Origin: Camelus dromedarius
Taxonomy: Eukaryota
Assembly: GCF_036321535.1 (NCBI RefSeq)
Contig: NC_087447.1
Span: forward strand, 39,124,001 to 39,188,000
DNA: 64,000 bases
Direction of reading: 5' to 3'
Position numbers and translations under genes: made by a program. Positions 12,886 through 25,396 of this stretch are shown here, in pieces. Below the pieces are notes generated by a model. It did no database searches. It saw only the letters and a program-made list of their open reading frames with translations, and had not been told where the DNA came from. Position 1 is the first letter of the stretch; the number at the start of each line of letters is the position of its first letter.

Positions 12886-13779
12886 TTGCATGATAAAACT
12901 AAAAACATTGCTAGAGAAGAGGAGACGAATACTTCTAGTTATTATAGGGTGTAGTCATTATACATTGCAAGCACCTGATACTTATTAATGAATTAAAACC
13001 ATGGCATTTTTTAGGACTAAAAAAATTAGGTATTATAACTTCAGTTTGGAGACTCCTCAATTTGAAGAAGTTCTTTCTCAGCAACATCTTCCTTTATTTA
13101 AAAATTTCCTTTATTTAAAAATCAAGAAACAAGGTAATAGACATTTTAAAAGTAAAATAAACCTCCAGCCTTTGCTATCTACATGAAAGTAGTTTTTGTC
13201 AGTTAGGAAAACTTCTACCTTGATAGTAAAATATTATAAGTCTGGCCATTAAGAGTTATTTTTCTGTCAAAAATTTTAGTATCTCAGTCTTCATTTGACT
13301 TCAGAGAAAAAATTGCTCTTAGAGTGATCATACAACAGTATATCAAACTCCCTTGCTGTTGCTCCTGCTTCTGCCTCCCTAGAGTTGCTGACATACCTGA
13401 CAATGGGATTTTAGGAAGAAGAGAAAGAGTAATATTAAAACTTTTCTTGAGCTGTATTTGTTGCTAAAGTTGTCTTGTGGGGAAATCTGGGATTTAAGTG
13501 TCATTTAAAATATTTCTATGGAAAAAAATACCTCAAGTGGCATACTTACAGATGACCTTTGAGAGCATAGCCTATTCCTCAGTTGAGAACTGCCCTTTTC
13601 AGTGATTAGCCTTTGTTTCTTGGGAAACTGATCATGAATTAAGCAGAACAAAAACTTATAGAAAAGGCTAATTGACAAAAAAAGGGAAAAAAAGATAAAT
13701 TTGCATTAAATCTGTTGAAAATAGATTTAAAAGTTTAATAGCATTTCTTACGATCACAGTTACTGATACTTAACATGAA

Positions 13780-13995
13780 GATCAGCAATATTCTGTAAAG
13801 GGCTAGATAGTAAATATTTTTGGCTGTATGGGCTACAGAGTCTGTCACAACCACTCAGTTTTGCCATTATGGAGTGAAAGCAGCCATATACAATATATAA
13901 ATGAGTGGGCATGGTTGTGTTCAAATAAAACTTTATTTACAAAATCAGATAATGAGTTGAATTTGGCTCATGAGCCAGAGCTTGCCAACTCTTGA
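13780..13995. mobile_element. MER58-like hAT element
   Basis: ttctgtaaagggctagatagtaaatatttttggc...aataaaactttatttacaaaa. Confidence 0.7.
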
Positions 13996-14599
13996 CCTAA
14001 AAATAAAAATCATATGAAATTAATATCTTAAAAATACTAATGTAAAATCATTTAAAAGGTTTAGTTAAAATATTTAAAATTTAAGATGATATTTTATTAC
14101 TATAGTAATAGAAACAGCTTATTTTTCCCAAAAATAAAACTAGGATTTAAAATATTGCTTCTTTAATAAGGACAGACTAATTTAAAAAAGGATGGGAACA
14201 TCTGATCCAAAATTTACAATGATACTTATCTTTAAGAAAAAAATATGTTTTTAAAATCTTGATTAAATTTTAAAACACCTTGTAAACTGTGTCTTCATAT
14301 CTGTATCTCTACACACATAGTAGTATTTGACAAAGAATAAACAATTGACAAAAGAAATGCCTAGATGTTATATATGTCCTGAAACTTCAGCTAAATTCAA
14401 CAAACGTTAATAAGATGCACCAGGTTATGATGTTAGTTGCTGAAAGTGTTTAAAGATAAATAATTCCTCAAACCAGGAAAGTGCTGTCACATAAAGTTGT
14501 ACCACATGTATACTACATAAGGGTGCCATATATAAGTGAGTACCAGTCACTTTGTAGATATTTTAGTTTTATGTATTTGTTACAACAGTGTCTTGTCAA

Positions 14600-15330
14600 C
14601 AGCAGTGCTAGTAATATAAGCTACTTCTGGGAATTTTTCATGTGTTATTTCCTGGATAATTTACTCTCCTCTGTTTTCTCTGTTCTCTCTGAGATGTATA
14701 TTGTTTGATTGTTCACCTCCTTCATTAGTGCTTGAATTTTATCATCCTTTCACTCTTATTTTCCACTTCTTTGTCTGTCTTTTATTCCAAGTTTTTTCTT
14801 TCAACCCTATTAGTAACCTTTTAAAATTTTTACTCTTGTGTTTTGAATTTCTAAGAACTCTCTCATCTAATTTAAAAAAAAAACCAGCATTCCTGTCCAT
14901 TTCACTTTATTTTTCTGATATGTACTCTATGATATTTTACCACATGTAGATTTGTGTAACTACCACCACAATCAGGATACAGAACTTCCACATCACCACA
15001 AAGAAACTCCTTCATGCTGCCCTTTTTGAGTCATACCCTTTCTCCATCCTTAGGCAGCCCCAGGTTCATTCTCCATTATTTTAATTTTGCCATTTTGAGA
15101 ATAATATATAAATGAAATTAGATAGTAGATAAACTTTTGGGTTTGGATTTTTTTCTTTCAACATAGTGCCCTTGAGATCCCTTCTCACTGTTGAACATAT
15201 CAGTAGTTCTTTTTTTGTTTGAGTAGTATTGCATTGTATGGGTGTACCACAGTTTATTTATCCATTCAGAGAAGGCATGGTTTTTGTTATAAACTTTGCA
15301 ATATTGTTGGATTTTAAAAATTCTCTACAT
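14600..15330 (-). mobile_element. Old L1 fragments
   Basis: L1M 3'-end text (gtgtaactaccaccacaatcaggatacagaac...gagtagtattgcattgtatgggtgtaccacagtttatttatccattc). Confidence 0.6.
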
Positions 15331-16139
15331 ATTACTGTAGTTTTATTACCTCCACTCCTCCATAGGAGTCCATAGTTCCACTGAACAAAATGATAGAGAC
15401 TAAAGACAATTTTTCTTTTGTTCTTAGGAACCTGCCTACCATTGGAAGCTATTGATGTAATTAGAGTTTTTACCACAAATTAGGTGGCAAGTTCATATGC
15501 AGAGGTTCATACAAAATTAGTATGCTAAAGTTGAATGTAAATAGATCCTTGCTTCTGAGAGTGACTTTTAGTAAGATTTAAATTTTTTGAGAAACTTACT
15601 GCCTACTGATTTACTTGATGCTTCAAAGCATTGATTTTGAAATTAAGTGAAAACTTGGTATAAGATAAAGAAATCAGAAACCTTTTTTGCTTATAAAGTT
15701 GCAAATTTAAAAAAGGAAGGTATTTTCTTTTGGCTATAGGGTTTGTGCTTAAGGTGGGTGTATTTACATAACTAGAGATGCTAGAAGTGATATTTCTTAA
15801 TTGATGAAAATTGTGATCTTAGAGGATTCATGATTAAGGATTCTGATTTGGGTTTGTTGGGTGATAACTTTATTGGGTGATAAATTTTGATCTGTGAGGT
15901 TTTCAAGTGATAATCAGTTGGAAGTGGCAGTTTTAAAAATCTTTAGAAAATACTTTGGTTTCGTGAGAACATGAACCATGTTATAAGAGGGAGGTGCAGG
16001 AAGCTATGTAGTTTGGTAAAAAAAGAATTTATAATTTATTAGAAGAAAGGCATGACTTCTATATATGATTGAAATGGTTAATAGCAACTTCCTAGGAAGG
16101 TAGTCTAAAGCAGACTGTTTTGCCCAAGAGGCCAGTTCT

Positions 16140-19100
16140 GGTGTACAGTTTGGTAAATTTTGATGTATGTATGCACTCATGAAATCTCACCACAATCAAG
16201 GTAATGAACATATACATGCAAAAATTTCCTTGAGGTCTTTTGTGACCCTTTCCTTCTGCCCCTTCCTACCCCCATCTCCATGCCTAGAAAACCACCAATT
16301 TGTTTTGTGACATATACATTAGTTTTTTGTTTCCTAGAATTTAATATAAATGTATCCTTTTCTGGGAGGGGAGGGTATCTGGCTTCTTTTACTCAGCGTA
16401 ATTATTTTGTGCTTGATCCGTGTTATAACTTTTATCAGTAGTTCATTCCTTTTTGTTGTTAAATAGTTTTACATTTTATGGATATACCACAAATTGTTTA
16501 TCCAGCCACCTGTTCATAGACATTTAGGCTGTTTCCAGTTTTGGGCTGTTACAAATCAAGTTACTAACAATGTTTGTGTCTTTTTATGGACATATACTTT
16601 CATTTTTGTGGGGTAAATACCTAAGTTGGAATGGCTGGATCCTATGGCTAGTGTGTGTTTAACTTCATAATAAACTGTCAAACTGTTTTCCAAAATAGTT
16701 TTCAAAGCAGTGCTACCATTTTGCATTACTACCAGGAGTATATGAGAGTTCTATTTTATACACATATTCACCAACACTTGATATGGTTAGTCTTTTCATT
16801 TAGCCATTCAAACAGATGTGAAATGGTTTCTCATTATGGTTTTAAGTTGCATTTTCTTAATGACTAATGGTGTACAGCATCTTTTCATTTATTTTTTCCA
16901 TCTGTATATCTCAAATCTTTCGCCCATTACTTTGAGAGTTCTTTATTATAAAACCAATTCTTCATCTGATACATGGTTTCATTTTTACAAGTGTCTTTAG
17001 AAGAGTAGAAGTTTTTAATTTTGGTGTAGTCCAGCTTATCATTTTATTTTTTTTTAATACGTTGTGCATTTTTTCCTCTAGTAGTTTTAGGTTTCAGATT
17101 TAGGTTTGTGATCCATTTTGAGTACACTTGTGTATGATATGAGCTTTAGATCAGAGTTCTTTTTTTTTCCTTCCCCTTGAGGTTCTGGAAGTGGATTATT
17201 TGTTGTATATCCATTAGTTTTAACACTGTTTGGTGAAGAGAGTCTTAGATTGTCTTTGAACTCTTGTTAAAAATGAGTTGTCCATATAATGAGTTGATCT
17301 ACTTGTCTCTCATTATGCCAGTAGTACACTGTGTTCATCCTTTACCTTTTATAATAAGCCTTGAAATCAGCTTGTGTGGTTTTCCAACTCTGTTCTTTTA
17401 ACAAAGTTATTCAGGAAATTCTAGGTCCTTTGCATTTCCATGTGAATTTTAGAATCATTTTGTAACTTTAGACAAAGAAATATGCTTGATTTTCAGCTGG
17501 AATTATATTTGTAGATCAACTTGAGGCAAATTGACATCTTAGCAGTATTGATTATTCTAACTTGTGAATATGGTAAGTTTTTTCATTTACTTAGGTCTTT
17601 AATTTCTCTTAGTGAAATTTTGTAGTTTTTAGCATGAAGGTCTTCTACATCTTTTGTCAGATTTATCCTTAAATACTCACTTTTTTGATGCTATTATAAC
17701 TAATGTTTAAAAAAATTCAGTATCTAATTGTTGCAAATATATAGAAATACTGTCGATTTTTAACTATTGATCTTCTGTCTTGTGACCTTGCTAAGCTCAC
17801 TCATTAGTTCTAGTAACTTTTAGTACTAGAGTCTGTAATAGATGATTACGTTGTCTGCAGATAAGGACAGTTTTAGTTCTTTTCCCATCTGGATGCCTTC
17901 TGTGTATTTTTCTTGCTATATTGCTCTGGCTAGAATCTTCAGTACATTGGAGAAGAGAAGTGGTGTGAGTGGATATCCTTGTTTTGTTCCTGATCTTAGG
18001 TGGAGAGCATTTGGTCCTTGACTGCTAAGTATAAAGCTGGCTATAGGTTTTCCAAAGATCTTTTTTCAGCTGATGAAATTCCATTGTATTCCTACCTTGC
18101 TGAGGTTTTTGTTTGTTTGAAATCAGGAATGGATTTTGGATTTTGTCAAATGGATTTTCTATGTACATTGTGATATACTTTTTTTCATTAATTGGTTAAT
18201 ACAGTGAATTACATTGATTTTTTTTTTAATATTCATCCAGTCTTGCATTTTTGGTATAAACCCCATTAGATAATGATGTATTGACATTTTTATATATTGC
18301 TGTATTCACATTACTAAAATTTAAAAAAAAATTTACATCTGTGTTCTGAGGGATGTGGGTTTGTAGTTTTCTTGTAATGTCTTCCTCTGGTTTCATTGTC
18401 TGGTTAATGCTGGCCTAATAGAATGAGTTAGAAAATATTATCTTTTCTTCAATTTTCTGGAAGAGTTTGGGTAGGATTGGTATTTCTATCTTAAACACTT
18501 GGTAAGATTATCAGTGAAGCCATCTGGGCCTGGAGCTTTCTTGGAAAGTTCTTAACTATAAATTCAAATTCTTTAATAGGCATTGAGCTATTCACCTTAT
18601 CTGTTTATTTTTGAGTGAGTTTCAGTAGTTTGGAATTTGTCCAGTTCTTCTGAATTGTTGAATTTATATGTATAGTTGTTTATAATATTCTTCTATCATT
18701 CTTTTAATATATGTAACCTTTGGGGTGATGTCAGTTCTCTCATTTCTGATATTGGTAATTTGTATCTTCTCAGTTTTTCCCCCAGTTTGGCTAAAAGTTT
18801 GTCAGTTTTATTGATCTTTTCAAAGAACTGGCTTTTGTTTTCATTAATTTTCCTTATTCCTTTTCTATTATTTTGATTTCCACTCTGATATTTAATATTT
18901 TTTTCTGCTTCCTTTGGATTTAATATGTTCTTTGGCTTCTTAATGTAGAAACTGAGGTGACTTTTCTTAGACCTTTCTTCTTTCCTAACATAGGCATTTA
19001 AAGCTATAATTTGCTTCATAACTACTGCTATAATGTCATGCCATTCCACAAATTTTGATGTGTTGGGTTTTTTTCACTTCAAACTCTTCTCTTTTCCCTT

Positions 19101-21660
19101 CTGATTTCTTCTTTGTTCCATGAGTTATTTTAAAACATGTTACCTGATTTTCAATATTTGGGAATTTTCCAGGTATCTTTCTGTTATTGAATTTTAATTT
19201 AATTCCATCATAATCACAGAACATACTTTGTATGATTGAATTCTTTTAAATTTATTGAGACGTGTTCTGTTGCCCAGAATATGATCTGTCTTGATAAATG
19301 ATCTGTGTGCATATCAAAAGAATGAGTTTTCTGCTATTGTTGGGTGAAAAGATCTATGAATGTTAGTTAGGTCAAGCCAGTTGATAGTGTTGTTCAAATC
19401 TTATTCATCTTTACTGATTTTCTGTCTACTTGTTCTGTTAAATATTATAAGAAGGATATTGAAACATCTGATGTATAATTGTGACATTCTCCTTGTAATC
19501 AGTCTTTGCTTCATGCATTTTGAAGCTCTGTTATGAGGCAGGAGAACTTTGGGGGTTGTTAAGTGCTCTTAATGAATTTGCCCCTTTATCCTTATGAAAT
19601 GCCTTGGTAGTATTCTTTGCCTTGAGGTCTACTTTGATACTGATATAAGCCATTCTTGTATTTTGACTGATGTTGGCAGTTTGTCTTTACTTATCCTTTT
19701 ATATTGAACCTCTCTGTACCTTTATATTTAAAGTGTGTTTCTTATAGGCAGCATATAGTTGGGTCTGGCATTTGTATACCGTGTGATTCTCTCTACCTTT
19801 TATGGTGACTATAGATATGGTTAAGGTTAAGTCTGTCATCTTGCTATATATTTCTTCTTGTCCCATTTGTTCTTGTTTCCCCATCCTCTTCTTTTTTTTT
19901 TCTTTGCCCTCTTTTGGATTAATTATATCTTTCTTATGATTTCATTTTATCTCCTTTGTTGCCTTATTAGCTATAATTCTTTGTTTCCATATTTCAGTGA
20001 TTACTTTTGAGCTTATAATATACATCTTTAGTTTATCACAGTCTACTTTCAAGTGATATTGAATCATTTCTTGTGTCATATAAGAGCCTTATTAATAATG
20101 TACTTCTATTTCTCTCCTCCCAGACTTTCTGCTATTTCTCATGTTCTTAATTCCTTTGTATAGAGTCATTATTTTCATCTGGTGTTATTTTTTTTCTTCT
20201 GCCTAAAGGACTTCCTTTAACTGTCTTATCATGCAAGTCTCCTCATGATGAATTAATTTATCTTTTTGGTATGTTTCTGAAAATGCATTTCCTTTTTACT
20301 TTTGAAAGATGTTTTTGCTAGATATAACAAATACAGGTTGACAGGTGTTATTCTTTTGTTTTTGTATTTTGTGGGGTGGTGGAAGGGGAGGTAATTAGGT
20401 TTATTTTTTAAATGGAGGTACTGGGGACTAAACCCAGGACCTCGTGCATGCTAGGCAGGCACTCTACCAGTGTGCTATATGCCCCCCACCTTTTTTTAAA
20501 CATGTATTTGGAATTTTCTGTGTATGTTGCATTTGTGGGTTTCTAGTTTTACTTACGTTTCAGGACATTTCTTTACGTTTTTTTTTTCTCCTCCACCTTT
20601 CTTCCTTTATGGACTCCATTTATACCTATATTAGGGCAGTTAAAGTTGACTCATAACTCACTCATGCTCAATTTTTCTATAGTGAATATTATATTCATTT
20701 GTGTATTTCCTGTTACTGTGTCTTCAAATTCACAATCTTTTCTTCTATAATGTGTCATCAATCTTCCATTAATTCCACTGAGTATATTTTTCATCTCAGA
20801 TACCATCATTTTTTTCTCTTTGGAAGTTTGACTTGCATCTTTTCAACATTCTTTATCTCTACATAACTTTTTGGAGGAATATGGTTATAATGACTATTTT
20901 AATGTTTGTTTCTAATTTTAAGATATGTGCCAGTTCTGGGTTGATTTCAGTTGAGTTTTTTCCTTATGTTTTCCTGCTTCTTTACATGCCTGGTAATTTT
21001 TTATTGGATGCCATACATTGTGAATTTTACCTTGTTTGGTTGCTGAATATTTTTGTATTCCTATAAAAGTTCTTGAGCTTTGTTTTAGGGTTCAGTCTAG
21101 TTACTTGAAAACGATTCTTTCAGCTCTTGCTGTTAAGATTTGTTGTGATCAGAACAGTGCTCAGTGCTCAGTTTCATTTCCCACTTCAGAGCCAAGACCC
21201 CTTAGATTCTCTCCCCAATACCCTTTTATGTGGTTTTCCAGCCTGACTTAGGTTGGTGGGTGATGCGCAGGGGGAGGAACATGTTTATGTTGATTGGTGC
21301 TCAAGCTCAGCACTCTAGGAATAGACTCTCTGCTGATCTGTGAGGTTTTCTCTCTATTATGCTGTCCCCTTTCTGGTACTCTTTCCTGAAAATTAGCTAT
21401 CTGTTGTCCCCAGCCTCTCAACTCCATATTCTTAACTCAGAGTCCACGAACTTCTGCATGGGTTTTGCTTCCCTGTGTTTTACTCTAGAAACTTAATTAG
21501 AGACAGTTGTTGACCTTGTATTATTTGTTTTCCATATTTCAGGGATTACTCTCTATTCCTAATGTACTTTGTCTTACAAACCATTGTTTCATGTACTTAT
21601 TTATTTTTGGGGGTTGTTTTGGACAGGAAAGTAAATTCAGTCCTTGCTTCTCTGTCTTGG
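16140..21660 (-). mobile_element. Long, degenerate L1M element (3' UTR, ORF2 remnants and upstream parts)
   Basis: Minus-strand ORF2-like peptides at 18696-19224 (IALNAYVRKEERS..., SQFFEKINKTDKLLAKL, DYDGIKLKFNNRK) with many stops and frameshifts. Confidence 0.85.
20352..20486 (-). mobile_element. tRNA-Ala-derived SINE (camelid Vic-1-like), nested in the L1
   Basis: Reverse complement reads ggggcatatagcacactggtagagtgcctgcctagcatgcacgaggtcctgggtttagtccccagtacctcc...aaacctaattacctcccc; homologous to the copy at 33202. Confidence 0.8.
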
Positions 21661-24137
21661 CTAAAAGCATATGTTGGGGCTAATATACTCTAGCTTCTTA
21701 CCTGTTCTCAATTCATATATCTCAGACTCTTTTAGAGGCAACATGATGCAGAGTTATCCCCTCTGAACTTGCTTGTCCTCATTTTCTTTTGCACGTATCA
21801 ATTATTTTTGCCCTTAGAGTGCTTTTCTGATCTAAAATTACTTAATTAAGTAGAGTAGGACATAATTAGTCTTCTATGACATATAATTTTGAAGGTCTTC
21901 CATTCCACATTACATTGGGGAATGAAAAGAAAGGATGGGAGTGTATTATGACACCTTTTGTATTTATTTAAAATCTAAACAGTTTAGAAATGAAGCCAGT
22001 ATTTCAGCAGAACACATAGCAATATTTAATCTTTCAGCTTCAGAGATGCTTGGTGGAAAAGCTTTTCCAGTTAATCAGTCTGCTTGGCCCATACTCAGAT
22101 TGAGCATTCATGCTGCATTTGCCTTAGTCATAGTTGTGTTTGTACCTTGTTCATTAAATTGTCAGTTAGAGTCATATTTAAGAAAATGTGTTTATTTGCA
22201 CATTTAAATCTTACCAGCTAGAATATGAGGAGTTTTTTTTTTTTTTTTAATATATAATCCTTTTTCTTTTAGTATGGATTCCTTTCTTTTCCCTCTTTTA
22301 GGACAGAAATTCCACTATTTCTGCTCCAAAGTTTTTAACATAAATACTGTAGGATCTTTTGATTTGTTCTATTTGAAGGAAAAAAAAATTGTTCCAAGGA
22401 TGCTATCCTACCCTGATCTTTTTCAGTAGGAAGGAGGTGGGAATAGTTTTTTTCTCCCTGTAGGTGTATGAGAGACAAATTGATAAAAGCTGACAGGTTG
22501 CCTTTTTTTCCCTGAAAGTCACCCTAGAAGGGTAAATACAAAGTCAGCCTTATCTTTTGTCTGTTTAATCTGCTATAATGAGATGATAACGATTTTCATA
22601 ATGAAAGAAACCACTAAAATAACAAAACACAGTATTATAGTTAATAAGTAAACAGAGAAGATGATCCTGAAGCGCTGCAGGATTTAAAACTGTATGATCA
22701 AGATTGAAACTTAACTAGTGTGGTTTTGTTGAAGGGAAGCAGGGTAACATTGTGGAGGGAGCACTGGGATGAATCAGAAGGCTTCGGTTATTAGCATTTC
22801 CACTAAATACTATGTGACTTTCATCAAGTCTTGTAATTTTGAATTTTAATATCCTCACTTGTAGTAACTAGATAAACTAACTTTAATGGATGATTTTATT
22901 GTGCCAGGTACCTTGCTGGTCAACTTACTTAAACTTCATTTTATCCTCATGTTAACCTCAGAAAGTAAGTAGACTCTACATTTTACAGATGAGGAAACTA
23001 AGGAACATTCAACATGTTGAGCAATTAAGTATTAAAGACCAACTTGATTCTAAGTATTTATTACTCCAGGGTCATGGAGTTCCTACTATTCCTATTTCTC
23101 TGTTTCTAAAAGATACTTTAATATTTTTCATTTGTGAATCTTGTTATATGCTAAGATGGTAAATTTTTACCTGTCTTAAATTAGGTTCTCTCATTTTTGT
23201 TCCTGTCAGTTTTCCTACCTGTGATGTATTACTGATTATTAAAATCTTATCTGTTAGCAAACCTCGTTCACCAGTGATTTATAGTGATGTCTTCTTGTGA
23301 GATCTTAAAGCGTTTGTTGTGTCACTCATTTTTTAGTTATATATTTGAGACACATTTAGTCATTTTATATTTGAAATTTGGGATAACTCTTGAAGTGCTT
23401 AAATTTCTCCATGTCCATGTAGTACTGCTACACTTAAATCATAAGCTCCTTGAGGGAGCGGATTCTCTCCTGGCATGTAGCACAGTGTTGTACAGACATA
23501 ATTTAATAAATAACTGTGTGAATGAATGCTGTCAACTAGACCATTTTAATCATCATTCTCAGTTATTTACTTCTCATGGGCAAATTTACTCTATGTAAGA
23601 TGTTTTCAAATTTTAAATTCTGTGACTCTGTACAGTCAGTGCTGTTAGCTTTTTAGAAAATTACTTTTCAAATATTTTGAGGAGAGTTCAGAAATTAGAA
23701 TGAGTTGGTTGGAGTTATCATGTAGACATTTTATTTGACAGGGAGACCAGTTACTTTGCCCCATACCTCAGTTTTTAAAGGTAAAAACTTTCCCTCTCTT
23801 TTTCCCTCTCAATGAAAGAAATCAAGAGAACATTTGAGTAATATTTAAGAGGTCTGGGTGGTCTCCACTGCTACTACTAACACTACCTCTTTTTCTGCTA
23901 CTACTATAAACTCAAAGGTCGGTTAACCTTCCTGGGCTTTGGCCTTCTCATCCTTAAAAAAAAACTGAATTGGATCGTGTGATCTTCAAAGACATAGTGT
24001 TCCAGATTTTATAAAATTTGCAAGTTTAAGGTAAATTAAGTTTCAGAATTGTAAAGTAGCATTTGATTCTTGCAGTTCAATATACTAGTAGTTTTATGTT
24101 AATTGTTTTTTTTTTTCGTTAAGCATCTGTGATCTGA

Positions 24138-24380
<243 letters not shown>

Positions 24381-24889
24381 TAAAATCAACTAAGCTTCCC
24401 AACAGTTTTTAAAAGCATGCATTTACTTTTTTAAAGTAGTAATGATAATTGTGCCTAATACTTAAGAGTAAAATTAACTTCTTAACTTCTTTCTTCTGTT
24501 CAGTTGTTTCTGTTTTAGCTTAACTTCGTTCTTGCTGTGAAGAAACAACTCATTAAATGAAGCTTAAAAGTGAAAATTTTTAAAGTCTCAAATAGTCTTA
24601 TGAAAAGAGTAGTTTGAAAAGCCTTTTAAAACTGTAAAATGTAGATTTAAATTTTTTTTCAAGTTGATCTTTATCTTGTGAAATATATATCAGTGCTTTA
24701 TTTTAAAATAGTTTGAAGTAAATTATTGATAAGAATTCTTGGTTAATCATGCTAAAAAGGAAGTGAAAGTTAAAGTTAGAATAACCATCATGGAGTAATT
24801 TATCTTAATTTTTGACAATATTTTAAATTTAATTTAAAAAAAGAGGAAAAGGAAGGTGTGAAGTAGATTTCTTTTCTTTTCTTTAAAAA

Positions 24890-25396
24890 AATTTTTTTTA
24901 ATATGTTTTAAAAAAGCAGTTTCAGGTTCACAACAGAATTGAGCAGAAAATACAGAGTTCCCACATAGCCCTCCCCAGCCGCACATATATACTCCTGCTA
25001 CCCTCAACGTCCCTCATCAGTGTGGCATACTTGGTACAATTGATGAACCAACGTGGGCACATTATTATCAACCAAAGCCCATAGTTTACATTAGGGTTCA
25101 CTCTTGATATTGTACATTCTATGGGTTTTGACAAATGCATAATGACATGCAGCCACTATAGTACAACATAGAATAATTTCATTGCACTAAAAATCCCTGT
25201 GCTCCATCTATTTATTCCTCCCTCCCTCCCTTTCCCCAGACTCCTGGAAACCATGATCTTTTTATTGTTTCTGTAGCTTTGCCTTTTACAGAATGTCATT
25301 TGGTTGGAATTGTACAGTTTGTAGTCTTTTCAGACTGGGTTCTTTCATTTAGTAATATGTCTTTTAAGTTTCTTCTATGTCTTTCATGGCTTGATC
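24890..25396 (-). mobile_element. L1MC-type 3' end
   Basis: gcagtttcaggttcacaacagaattgagcagaaaatacagagttccc...gtttacattagggttcactcttg. Confidence 0.75.

Noticed and set aside
18696..19224. L1 ORF2-like ORFs as functional genes
   Set aside because: They are short, frameshifted remnants of an old L1.
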